A stretch of DNA of 64,000 bases from Fidelibacterota bacterium. GTDB lineage: Bacteria > Fidelibacterota > UBA8477 > JABMPR01. Of this stretch, positions 18,582-27,870 are shown piece by piece. Position 1 is the stretch's first letter. The number at the start of each line of letters is the position of its first letter. Location: contig JABMOS010000028.1 in assembly GCA_013203185.1 (NCBI GenBank), forward strand, positions 2,292-66,291. Reading direction: 5' to 3'. A model generated the notes under the pieces. The model was not told the origin of the DNA and did no database searches. It worked only from the letters and a program-made list of their open reading frames with translations. The position numbers were made by a program, and so were the translations under genes.

Positions 18582-19856
18582 TTGAAAATGACTACATCAA
18601 TTCGCAAAATGCTCCTGGTGACACTCACATTGCTTGTCTCACTCTCTACAGTATGGGCCCAGCCCAAAGCTCCTCCAACGTTGGACCCCCGACGCTTTGA
18701 TGCGTGGACTGTTGAGTATGAACCCTTCCGTCTGCTTATAGAAAATGCCGTGGAAGAGTATATTACCCTTAACGATACGGATTTACCCCCCATTGCATCT
18801 ACAGACAACGTCATTGCCGTCAGATCCAAGTCGGGTCAACGACAGCTGTATCAAATTCGCTATGGAACCGTCTCAGAAGGGTACAACGTTATCGACAATA
18901 TGGAGGTGATGTGGGTGCTGGGTTCGACCCTGGCTCAGACCATTTCCGAGAAAGAAACCTATTATCACCTGGATACTTCTGAACCATATGAATCCACGAA
19001 ACATCAGCCAGAAATTGATTATCTGGAAGTGGAGTCTTTTTGGACCCACACTGATTTACAGATTGGTACGGATCGCCTGGTTTATCTCTTTGGGAAGTCT
19101 GGAGGAATAACCGTTGAATGGGGCAATGAGCTTTTGGGTCGTCCCTATGGTGAAGCTGGCTTTGCCCGGCTTGGCGTGATTACTCCCATCTTCAAAATGG
19201 GAATTCAAGTTCCCTCGCCCTCCATTCCACTAGGTTTCCGTACAGGTACAGACGATGCTGATGATCACCTTACTGGTGGTATAGGTGGTTTTGGTGCCTT
19301 TAAATACAAAGTTTTGTATGGAGAGTTGTTCTTCCAGTCCCTAGAGGCCGGCCTGGCCAGTGGCAGCTTTATCAATAGCTATGATTTAGGTGGTTTGATG
19401 AATCTCAGCTTTAACACCACCCTATCAGGTTTCCCCTTGGGCAAAGAAAAACGCCTTTTTGCAGGTGCCTTGCAGATCCGCCTCGGGGGTGTTATCGCCC
19501 GCGTTGACCATAGTAATATTGTAGATGATCGTATCAGCTTCCAGAATCTGAAACGCAGCTACAATGTGGCGACTGGAGACACCACGGAGGAATTTACAAA
19601 CGGGGAAGCAGCCTCACTGGAGGAGTCAGGACTTTTCTTTCGTCTCGATTATGCATCGCCACTAATAAAGAAACGCTACCCGCGTCATGAAGCTGTGTTT
19701 CAGGTTTCGGGTCCCAGTATCATGACAAAATACACATATAATGTCAACAAGACTTTAGGGTTGCCCCTTACTGTGCTAGTCTATACAGCGGATAATGAGT
19801 GGACACCCAATGCCGCCATACTGGTCGGCTTTAAATTGAGGCTTGATCAAAATTAA
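18582..19856 (+). CDS. Secreted putative outer-membrane beta-barrel protein, paralogue-like to the preceding gene
   Basis: SPI signal peptide ...VWAQP. Similar size (424 aa) and Gly/aromatic-rich strand pattern. Followed by a terminator. Confidence 0.4.
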   Translation: MKMTTSIRKMLLVTLTLLVSLSTVWAQPKAPPTLDPRRFDAWTVEYEPFRLLIENAVEEYITLNDTDLPPIASTDNVIAVRSKSGQRQLYQIRYGTVSEGYNVIDNMEVMWVLGSTLAQTISEKETYYHLDTSEPYESTKHQPEIDYLEVESFWTHTDLQIGTDRLVYLFGKSGGITVEWGNELLGRPYGEAGFARLGVITPIFKMGIQVPSPSIPLGFRTGTDDADDHLTGGIGGFGAFKYKVLYGELFFQSLEAGLASGSFINSYDLGGLMNLSFNTTLSGFPLGKEKRLFAGALQIRLGGVIARVDHSNIVDDRISFQNLKRSYNVATGDTTEEFTNGEAASLEESGLFFRLDYASPLIKKRYPRHEAVFQVSGPSIMTKYTYNVNKTLGLPLTVLVYTADNEWTPNAAILVGFKLRLDQN

Positions 19857-19879
19857 CTAGTCTCAAATGTAGTAGGACA

Positions 19880-19912
19880 AAAGGGTAGGCTTGCGCCTGC
19901 CCTTTTGTTTAT
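19880..19912 (+). terminator. Rho-independent terminator closing the 14.2-19.9 kb cluster
   Basis: aaaGGGTAGGCttgcGCCTGCCCttttgttt: GC-rich stem (one G-U pair) plus a U-run. Confidence 0.6.
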
Positions 19913-20085
19913 CAATGAAGCGGCGTGTCCAGGGAAAACCCTCCCAATAATCAGCGTTTTTCATTCAAACATCACTATTTTCATGGCATTTGAATTGTTC
20001 ACTATTATTTTGGGCTGATTTCGCCGTACAAGGGGCTTCATATTTTTTCAAAAACAGATAAAATGATTATGGGGAAGAGAATAAT

Positions 20086-20589
20086 TTGCCGTTTCGATTA
20101 ACCAATGAAGGTGAATATGCCGTTCGTCTCATGGTTTATCTGGCGGGACGGGATCGTGAACAACTGGTCTCAGCCCGGGAAATAGCAGAAAACCAGAACA
20201 TCCCCCAGCGCTTTCTCAGAACCATTGTTTCTCAGTTTGTTAAGTTGGGGTTTGTCAAATCTTTTCAGGGTAATGGCGGAGGGGTTCGTCTTGCTGAAGG
20301 TGCTGAGAACAAAACATTACTGGAAATCATTGAGGCTGTTGAAGGCCCCATATATTTGAATGTCTGCATGCAGGGTGAAGTGGCTTGTCAGTTTTCCAGT
20401 CAGTGTGCTGTTCACCTTGTCTGGCATGAAGCACAAGATGCCATTCAAAAAATATTAGGTGGAAAAAAAATCAAAGAACTAGCCCAGGTGAATTTCGACC
20501 TGGCTGCCAACGGTTTCGGTGCAGGTTCTGATGCCATGTGTGGCATACCTGTGAGCACAGAAGAAACGAAAGCCCCCCGTGGCAATTAA
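20086..20589 (+). CDS. Rrf2-family (IscR/NsrR-like) Fe-S transcriptional regulator
   Basis: TTG start. wHTH N-terminus REIAENQNIPQRFLRTIVSQFVKLGFV. Three Cys spaced C-x6-C-x5-C (CMQGEVACQFSSQC), as in the cluster-ligating Rrf2 proteins. Confidence 0.8.
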   Translation: MPFRLTNEGEYAVRLMVYLAGRDREQLVSAREIAENQNIPQRFLRTIVSQFVKLGFVKSFQGNGGGVRLAEGAENKTLLEIIEAVEGPIYLNVCMQGEVACQFSSQCAVHLVWHEAQDAIQKILGGKKIKELAQVNFDLAANGFGAGSDAMCGIPVSTEETKAPRGN

Positions 20590-23026
20590 ATTTGATAAAT
20601 ACGAAACGGGTCGGGCGCCCACAGAACAGGGGAAAGTCCTGAGTTGTTTTCATTGTGGTGAACCCTGCCCGGACAACACCATATCAATTGGGGATAAAAG
20701 CTTCTGCTGCCATGGTTGTAAAACGGTTTTTGAAATTCTCAATGTCAATGAGATGTGTGACTACTATTCCATAGAGGATACCCCAGGCATAACACCCAAG
20801 CAGGATTTGATATCTGATCGGTTTGACTATCTCGATGACGAGACAGTGAGACCCCAGGTAATTGATTTTTCAGATGGCAAAACTGAGAAGGTGACTTTCC
20901 ATACGCCCACCATGCACTGTGCTTCTTGTATCTGGCTCCTGGAAAAACTGCATGAGATGGATTCACGAATTTTCAGCTCTCTGGTCAATTTCCCCAGGAA
21001 ACAAGTGACCATCACTTTTAACCGTGAACAAATGAAGCTCAGCGAGACAGCCGCACTGCTCTCATCACTGGGCTACGAACCTCTGGTTAGCCTTGATACA
21101 GTTGGGAAAAGAGAACAATCCTCTGCTGAAAAGAAACTATATCTGAAGATTGGCCTGGCTGGCTTTGCTTTTGGCAATGTCATGATCCTCAGTTTTCCAG
21201 AATACCTCTCCCGGGTTGGTTCAGTCGATACCACTTTCAAGATGGTGTTTGGATATCTCAGCCTGGTTATGTCTTTACCGATTCTCATTTTCGCCACCAA
21301 AGATTATTACCAATCAGCCTGGGCCGGTATCAGAAGCCGCACGGTTAATATTGATGTCCCTATCACCTTGGGTATCGGCATGCTCTTTTTCAGGTCAGCC
21401 TGGGAAATCCTCACTCAAACTGGTGTGGGTTATCTCGACTCCTTTACTGGCCTGGTGTTCTTCCTGTTGGTGGGCCGACTCTTTCAGCAGAAGACATATG
21501 AGATGCTCTCTTTCGAACGAGATTATAAATCCTTTTTCCCGCTGTCAGTCACCCGCAAGATCAACAATGTGGAGGCTGTGGTTCCCGTCTCAAAACTGAA
21601 ACCTGGTGATCGAATTGTGGTTCGGAATCAGGAATTGATACCAGCCGATTCTGTTCTCCTTAAAACAGTTGCATATATTGATTATAGCTTTGTAAGTGGC
21701 GAATCCACCCCAGTGACAAAGAATGCTGGTGATTTTATCTACGCTGGAGGTCGCCAGGCAGGAACAACTATTGAACTGGAAGTCATAAACGAATCCTCAC
21801 AAAGCTATCTGACCCAACTCTGGAATAATGACGTCTTTAGTAAACCAAGATTTTCAAGGTTGAATCAGCTGGTAAATCAGGTGAGTCACTACTTTACATT
21901 TGGCGTTTTAGCCATTGCAATTATTGCATCCATTTATTGGCTTCAAATTGATACTGCCACGGGCATCAAAGTATTTACATCTGTCCTGATTGTGGCCTGT
22001 CCCTGTGCCCTGGCTTTGTCCTCGCCTTTTGCACTGGGGACCACCATGCGCATTTTTGGCCGCAAAGGTTTTTATGTGAAAAATACGGATGCAGTTGAAG
22101 CCCTCTCCAAGATTAACACTATAGTGATGGACAAAACAGGCACCTTGACAGAATCCCGACAGGAAACCATAGAATTCTCAGGAGAGGTGCTTTCCCATGA
22201 GGATCAGGAAGTTATCAAGTCCCTGGTCCAGCATTCCACGCACCCCTTGAGTCAAAAAATATTTCAAGCACTGCATATTCATTCTGTTCATCCAGTAGAC
22301 AAATATAAGGAAATATCAGGTCGGGGAATTCAGGGTGTCATCGGTGGTCACAGCATCAAATTGGGCTCTGCCAAATGGTTGGGGATTCAAGAATCCAGCA
22401 ATGATGCTGAAGATATGAAAACACGGGTTTTTCTCAGTATGAATGATGAAGTCAGGGGCTCATTCCTAATTGCAAATGTGTTTCGCAAGGGCTTACGTCC
22501 ATTGCTCTCTGAATTGAATAAGGAATTCGACATGTATCTCCTCTCTGGTGATACAGAACGCGAAAAAGCCAAGTTGGTCAATCTCTTTGGAAGCAATGAA
22601 AACTTGCTCTTTCGACAGACCCCTGAGAATAAAATGGATTTTGTTGCAAAGGTTCAGGGAGAGGGCGCTCATGTTCTTATGGTGGGGGATGGTCTCAATG
22701 ATGCCGGCGCTTTGAGGGCCAGTGAAGTCGGTATCGCCATCACTGATGATGTCTCTGCCTTTTCTCCTGCCAGTGATGGAATCCTTACTGGTAAAAACCT
22801 GCACTTACTGGGGTCATTTATAAAAATGTCCAAGGCGACCACCTCGATTATCGTAGCCAGTTTTGTAATCTCAATTATTTATAATGTGGTTGGTGTTAGT
22901 TTCGCAGTAGCGGGAAAGCTGTCCCCACTGGTGTCGGCTATTCTTATGCCAGCCAGCTCTATTTCTGTCGTGGCTTTCACCACATTTACAACGAGCTTGC
23001 GAGCCAGAATGATGAGATTAACTTGA
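20579..23026 (+). CDS. ccoI: Copper-translocating P1B-type ATPase CcoI/FixI (cbb3 oxidase assembly)
   Basis: GTG start overlapping the rrf2 stop. N-terminal CxxC pairs (CFHCGEPC, CCHGC), HMA site MHCASC, CPC motif VACPCAL, DKTGTLT, GDGLNDAGAL. Confidence 0.9.
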   Translation: MAIKFDKYETGRAPTEQGKVLSCFHCGEPCPDNTISIGDKSFCCHGCKTVFEILNVNEMCDYYSIEDTPGITPKQDLISDRFDYLDDETVRPQVIDFSDGKTEKVTFHTPTMHCASCIWLLEKLHEMDSRIFSSLVNFPRKQVTITFNREQMKLSETAALLSSLGYEPLVSLDTVGKREQSSAEKKLYLKIGLAGFAFGNVMILSFPEYLSRVGSVDTTFKMVFGYLSLVMSLPILIFATKDYYQSAWAGIRSRTVNIDVPITLGIGMLFFRSAWEILTQTGVGYLDSFTGLVFFLLVGRLFQQKTYEMLSFERDYKSFFPLSVTRKINNVEAVVPVSKLKPGDRIVVRNQELIPADSVLLKTVAYIDYSFVSGESTPVTKNAGDFIYAGGRQAGTTIELEVINESSQSYLTQLWNNDVFSKPRFSRLNQLVNQVSHYFTFGVLAIAIIASIYWLQIDTATGIKVFTSVLIVACPCALALSSPFALGTTMRIFGRKGFYVKNTDAVEALSKINTIVMDKTGTLTESRQETIEFSGEVLSHEDQEVIKSLVQHSTHPLSQKIFQALHIHSVHPVDKYKEISGRGIQGVIGGHSIKLGSAKWLGIQESSNDAEDMKTRVFLSMNDEVRGSFLIANVFRKGLRPLLSELNKEFDMYLLSGDTEREKAKLVNLFGSNENLLFRQTPENKMDFVAKVQGEGAHVLMVGDGLNDAGALRASEVGIAITDDVSAFSPASDGILTGKNLHLLGSFIKMSKATTSIIVASFVISIIYNVVGVSFAVAGKLSPLVSAILMPASSISVVAFTTFTTSLRARMMRLT

Positions 23027-23045
23027 TGAAAAGTGAGCTTCACAA

Positions 23046-23246
23046 TTGTATGTAATGTTTATTCTGATGGCCTTTAGTCTAGGGGCTTCCCTTCTTTTTT
23101 TGGGAGCCTATATCTGGTCGGTTAAAAGCGGACAGTTTGATGACAAATACACACCCTCAGTACGAATGTTATTCGAAGATAAAAAAATATCAAAAAAAAC
23201 GGAACCCGGTCTTTATTCGGGAGATAAAAACGAGGAGATTAAATAA
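23046..23246 (+). CDS. ccoS: cbb3 oxidase maturation protein CcoS/FixS
   Basis: 66 aa with a single TM segment. The motif ...KSGQFDD... fits the FixS family. Position is between ccoI and ccoN. Confidence 0.7.
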   Translation: MYVMFILMAFSLGASLLFLGAYIWSVKSGQFDDKYTPSVRMLFEDKKISKKTEPGLYSGDKNEEIK

Positions 23247-25363
23247 TGGAGATGGAAAAATTTCAGTACGATAATAAAATCGTGCGAATGTTTTTCTGGG
23301 CCACCGTTATATGGGGTGTTACTGCCTTTCTGGTGGGGCTCACTATTGCACTTCAGTTACCAGCGCCGGCCTTTAATTTCGGCACCTCATGGTTGACCTT
23401 CGGTCGGCTGCGTCCCTTACACACCAATGCTGCCATTTTTGCTTTTGTGGGCAACGGTATTTTTATGGGATACTACTATTCAGCTCAAAGACTTTTAAAA
23501 GCACGAAATTTTTCCGATGTACTGAGTAAAATACATTTCTGGGGATGGCAGGGAATCATTGTTTCCGCGGTACTGACACTGCCTGCAGGTCTCACCTCAG
23601 CTAAAGAATACGCAGAACTGGAATGGCCAATTGATATTCTCATCGCACTCATTTGGGTGGCCTGGGGTGTGAACATGATGGGGACCATCCTTAAGCGCCG
23701 TGAGAAGCATCTCTATGTAGCAATCTGGTTTTACATCGCCACCTTTGTCACCGTTGCCATGCTCCACATTGTGAACTCTCTTGCCATTCCAGTGAGCTTC
23801 TGGAAAAGCTATTCGCTCTACGCCGGTGTGCAGGATGCCCTGGTTCAATGGTGGTATGGTCACAACGCTGTCGCGTTTTTCCTCACCACGCCTTATCTCG
23901 GTTTGATGTACTATTTCATGCCCAAAGCCGCTCAGCGGCCCGTCTATTCATATAGACTGTCTATCATTCACTTTTGGGCGCTCATCTTTCTTTATATCTG
24001 GGCCGGTCCCCACCACCTGCTTTATACCTCAACGCCAGATTGGGCACAAACCCTGGGAACTGTATTTTCCATCATGTTGATTGCTCCCTCATGGGGTGGC
24101 ATGCTCAACGGCCTCCTCACCTTACGTGGCGCCTGGGATCGAGTTCGCCAGGATCCCATCCTGAAATTTATGGTGGTGGCTGTCTCCGCTTATGGAATGT
24201 CCACATTTGAAGGACCCATGATGTCATTGAAAAACTATAATGCCATCACACATTTTACGGACTACACAATTGCACATGTCCATATCGGTGCACTGGGGTG
24301 GAACGGACTCTTGACCTTTGGTATGTTGTACTGGTTGGCTCCCCGGTTATGGAATGCCAAGCTATATTCCGTTAAGCTGGCCAATGTTCACTTCTGGTTG
24401 GCCACGCTTGGAATCATTTTCTATGTGATTCCCATGTACTGGACAGGAATTACCCAGGCCTTGCTCTGGAAGCAATTCACTCCAGAGGGAATGCTGGTCT
24501 ATCCAAACTTTCTGGAAACAGTCCTACAACTGGTGCCCATGTATTGGACGCGAGCGTTTGGTGGTACACTCTATCTCACAGGGTCATTGATTATGGTTTA
24601 CAACCTGGTTAAAACCGCTCGCTCTGGTGCCCCAATCCCGGATCCTGAAATGGAAGCTGCACCCCTGAAGCCCATCGTAACTGAACCTGGCGACCACAAA
24701 CATCGTTGGCTGGAAGCCCGTCCCATGTACCTCCTGGGCTTGGCTCTGGTTGCTGTGGCTATTGGTGGCATCGTAGAATTTGTGCCCATGTTTGTTGTGA
24801 AATCAAATGTTCCAACCATCAGCACTGTGACACCTTACTCACCCCTGGAGCTTGAGGGTCGGGATATTTACATCAAGGAGGGCTGCTTCAACTGCCATTC
24901 CCAGATGATTCGTCCCTTCAGAAGTGAAACCGAACGCTATGGTGAATATTCCAAGGCCGGTGAGTTCGTTTATGATCATCCCTTCTTGTGGGGCTCAAAA
25001 CGAACGGGACCAGATCTTCATCGCGAGGGTGTTGGCAAATTAAAAAAACCTGATGCCTGGCATTACAACCATATGGAAAATCCTCGCTCAATGAGTCCTG
25101 GATCCATTATGCCGGTATACCCCTGGTTATTGGAGCGATCCAATGATTATGACGATCTTCCCAAGAAGATCAGTGTTATGCGGACCCTGGGTGTGCCCTA
25201 TGCTGAAGGTTATGAAGAGCAGGCTCTGGATGATCTTAAGAAGCAGGCAGATGGTATTGTCGCAAATCTAAAGGAATCAGGCATTGAAACATCCTGGGAT
25301 AAAGAGATAATCGCTCTTATCGCATATCTTCAGAAACTTGGAACAGGAATTCTTCCCCAATAG
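23246..25363 (+). CDS. ccoNO: cbb3-type cytochrome c oxidase, fused subunits I+II (CcoNO)
   Basis: 705 aa. N-terminal 12-TM heme-copper oxidase domain (HNAVAFFLTTPYLG, HHLLYT, W..HFW). C-terminal CcoO part with heme-c site CFNCHSQMIRPF. The fusion is as seen in Bacteroidota and relatives. Confidence 0.93.
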   Translation: MEMEKFQYDNKIVRMFFWATVIWGVTAFLVGLTIALQLPAPAFNFGTSWLTFGRLRPLHTNAAIFAFVGNGIFMGYYYSAQRLLKARNFSDVLSKIHFWGWQGIIVSAVLTLPAGLTSAKEYAELEWPIDILIALIWVAWGVNMMGTILKRREKHLYVAIWFYIATFVTVAMLHIVNSLAIPVSFWKSYSLYAGVQDALVQWWYGHNAVAFFLTTPYLGLMYYFMPKAAQRPVYSYRLSIIHFWALIFLYIWAGPHHLLYTSTPDWAQTLGTVFSIMLIAPSWGGMLNGLLTLRGAWDRVRQDPILKFMVVAVSAYGMSTFEGPMMSLKNYNAITHFTDYTIAHVHIGALGWNGLLTFGMLYWLAPRLWNAKLYSVKLANVHFWLATLGIIFYVIPMYWTGITQALLWKQFTPEGMLVYPNFLETVLQLVPMYWTRAFGGTLYLTGSLIMVYNLVKTARSGAPIPDPEMEAAPLKPIVTEPGDHKHRWLEARPMYLLGLALVAVAIGGIVEFVPMFVVKSNVPTISTVTPYSPLELEGRDIYIKEGCFNCHSQMIRPFRSETERYGEYSKAGEFVYDHPFLWGSKRTGPDLHREGVGKLKKPDAWHYNHMENPRSMSPGSIMPVYPWLLERSNDYDDLPKKISVMRTLGVPYAEGYEEQALDDLKKQADGIVANLKESGIETSWDKEIIALIAYLQKLGTGILPQ

Positions 25364-25380
25364 GGAAGGATTATTTTCGG

Positions 25381-25566
25381 ATGTTAAGTCGCATTTATCC
25401 AGGAGCAGATGGCCTACAGTTCTTTCAAGGCCTTTCCCTGGTTCTGTTCTTTCTCGTCTTCGTGGGAGCTATCGTTATGATCGTGACCATGGGGAAGGGA
25501 CACATTGATAAAATGAGCAATATGCCCCTCGAGAGCGGGGATGATCACAATAATGGAGGCCTTTAA
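25381..25566 (+). CDS. ccoQ: Small membrane protein, CcoQ-like (cbb3 subunit IV)
   Basis: 61 aa with one TM segment. Position is between ccoNO and ccoP. Confidence 0.45.
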   Translation: MLSRIYPGADGLQFFQGLSLVLFFLVFVGAIVMIVTMGKGHIDKMSNMPLESGDDHNNGGL

Positions 25567-25568
25567 TA

Positions 25569-26357
25569 ATGGGTAAAGTCACAAATGAACTCATTGATCA
25601 CGACTATGATGGAATTCAAGAATATGATAACGATCTACCAGGTTGGTGGAAAGCATTATTCCTGATCACGATCATCATAGCAATAATATATGTACCCTAC
25701 TATCACACATATGGTGATCTGCAGGAAGCCGAGTATCAAAAGGAAATGGGTACTTATGTTGAAGCCAGCGTAGGTCGCAGCGCTTTTACAGCCTACTCAT
25801 CCCCCTGGGCCAGTGATGGAGAGATCACGCCAGCCCTAAGAGCAGAAATGGATAAAATCCTGGATGCTCCTTTTGATGAACAATTGATGCGGGCCATGGC
25901 AAAGGCTGACCCTGATCAATTAGCCAAACTGCAGGCAGCTTTTCCAGATGTTATTGCAGCTTACGGAAGTGGATCTATTTCTTCACCTGATCCAACACCT
26001 GCCCAAAAAGAAGAACCTGCAGCAACCGCTTCCTCAGGAATGGCCGCTCTCACCGATGATGCCAGTCTGGCAGCAGGTAAAAAGGTTTGGGATACACAAT
26101 GCTTTACCTGCCATCTCAATGATGGTGGTGGAAGTATTGGTCCAAACATGACTGATGATTACTGGATTCATGGTGGCGATATGGAGTCAATCGTACGTAT
26201 CATCAAAGTAGGTGTGCCAGCCAAGGGTATGATTCCCTGGGAAACTACCTTAACTCCCGATCAGATCATGCAAGTGGCCAGTTATATCAAGGTTAAAATT
26301 CATGGTACAACTCCAGCTGTGCCCAAGGCACCACAAGGAGACCTGTTTGAGGGATAG
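25569..26357 (+). CDS. ccoP: cbb3 oxidase subunit III CcoP/FixP, apparently mono-haem
   Basis: FixP_N motif HDYDGIQEYDNDLPGWW, TM helix, Ala/Pro-rich linker. Only one CxxCH (CFTCH) is present. Confidence 0.8.
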   Translation: MGKVTNELIDHDYDGIQEYDNDLPGWWKALFLITIIIAIIYVPYYHTYGDLQEAEYQKEMGTYVEASVGRSAFTAYSSPWASDGEITPALRAEMDKILDAPFDEQLMRAMAKADPDQLAKLQAAFPDVIAAYGSGSISSPDPTPAQKEEPAATASSGMAALTDDASLAAGKKVWDTQCFTCHLNDGGGSIGPNMTDDYWIHGGDMESIVRIIKVGVPAKGMIPWETTLTPDQIMQVASYIKVKIHGTTPAVPKAPQGDLFEG

Positions 26358-26380
26358 CCCATAAGGATATTACTGGGGAA

Positions 26381-26410
26381 GGAACTCACGCTTGACGTGA
26401 GTTCCTTTTG
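26381..26410 (+). terminator. Hairpin plus U-run between ccoP and ccoG (internal terminator or attenuator)
   Basis: GGAACTCACGcttgaCGTGAGTTCCttttg: a perfect 10-bp stem. Confidence 0.55.
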
Positions 26411-26454
26411 CCATATTAATTTACAGAAAACAAATACTTGGAGATAGCAGGTAA

Positions 26455-27870
26455 ATGGATCAGCCAGATAGAAATCTCACTAACATTGATGCCCCTTCGG
26501 CGTTTCGAGATAGAATTGCTTCCGTGGGGGATGATGGCAAGCGAAAATGGGTTTTCCCACGAAAACCCTTCGGGCGTTTCTATAACGCCAGAACCTGGTT
26601 TTCATATCTGCTCCTGGCCATCATGTTTAGTGGTCCCTTTATTACCATCAATGGACGACCATTTCTCCTGCTCAATATTATTGAGCGCAAATTTATTATT
26701 CTGGGTATGGCCTTTTGGCCCCAGGACAGTTTTATTTTTGTGCTGGCCACCCTGACATTTATTGTGGGGATTCTCTTGTTTACGGTCATTTTTGGCAGGC
26801 TTTTTTGTGGCTGGGCTTGTCCCCAAACCATCTTCCTGGAAATGGTCTTTCGCAAAATCGAATATCTCATTGATGGCAACGCCAATAAACAGCGCAAGCT
26901 GAAGGCCCAGAAATGGAATGCTGAAAAGATTTTCAAACGGATCTCAAAGCACGCCATCTTTTGGGTTCTGTCCTTTATTATCGGCAATACTTTTCTGGCC
27001 TATATCATTGGTAAGGATGAATTATTTGAGATCATCACTTCGCCGGTTTCAGAGCATGCAGGTGGCTTTGCAATCATGGTTCTGTTTACCACAATCTTCT
27101 ACTATGTCTATGCTTCTTTTCGGGAACAGATTTGTACACAAATTTGCCCCTATGGTCGCTTGCAGTCCGTGCTGCTGGATGACAAATCAATCGTGGTCGC
27201 CTATGATTTCACTCGAGGTGAAACTCGAGGCAACCCCAGGAAGAATACTACAGAGGAGCTAGGAGATTGTATTGACTGTAATCAGTGCGTTGAGGTTTGT
27301 CCTACAGGCATAGATATTAGAAATGGCACCCAGCTGGAATGTGTCAATTGTACGGCCTGTATCGATGCATGTGATACGGTCATGGACAAGGTCAAACGAC
27401 CACGTGGTTTGATTCGGTATGATTCATTTAATGGTATTCGAACAGGCGAAAAACTGAGTCTGAATTTTCGAAATATTGGTTATTCTGCAATGTTGGTAGC
27501 CCTTATAGTCTTCTTCTTTTTCCTACTGGTCACCCGTTCAGATGTTGAATCAACCATCTTGCGCTCCTATGGTACCATGTATCAGGATGTTGGGAATAAC
27601 CATTTCACAAATTTATATACAGTTAAAGTGCTCAATAAAACATTTGGTGATCTTCCTCTCCGGTTTGAATTGCTGGAACCCTCAGGAGAACTGAAGATGG
27701 TGGGAGACGATTTAGAAGTAAGCGGTCAGGACCAAACTGAGGGCGCGTTTTTTATCGATTTATCTGGCGATTTACTTGATGGTACGGAAACCAAACTAAA
27801 GATTACTGTGCATAGTGGTGACAGGCTCCTGGAAACAGTAAAAACATCATTTATGGGACCAAGGAAATAA
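26455..27870 (+). CDS. ccoG: cbb3 oxidase assembly ferredoxin CcoG/FixG/RdxA
   Basis: TM helices, CGWACP, and two 4Fe-4S motifs (CIDCNQCVEVCP, CVNCTACIDAC). Confidence 0.9.
   Translation: MDQPDRNLTNIDAPSAFRDRIASVGDDGKRKWVFPRKPFGRFYNARTWFSYLLLAIMFSGPFITINGRPFLLLNIIERKFIILGMAFWPQDSFIFVLATLTFIVGILLFTVIFGRLFCGWACPQTIFLEMVFRKIEYLIDGNANKQRKLKAQKWNAEKIFKRISKHAIFWVLSFIIGNTFLAYIIGKDELFEIITSPVSEHAGGFAIMVLFTTIFYYVYASFREQICTQICPYGRLQSVLLDDKSIVVAYDFTRGETRGNPRKNTTEELGDCIDCNQCVEVCPTGIDIRNGTQLECVNCTACIDACDTVMDKVKRPRGLIRYDSFNGIRTGEKLSLNFRNIGYSAMLVALIVFFFFLLVTRSDVESTILRSYGTMYQDVGNNHFTNLYTVKVLNKTFGDLPLRFELLEPSGELKMVGDDLEVSGQDQTEGAFFIDLSGDLLDGTETKLKITVHSGDRLLETVKTSFMGPRK

Noticed and set aside
26438-27262. ORFs 26438..26755, 26580..26987 and 26918..27262 overlapping ccoG
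   Set aside because: They are alternative-frame or antisense ORFs. The ccoG frame contains the expected ferredoxin cysteine motifs.
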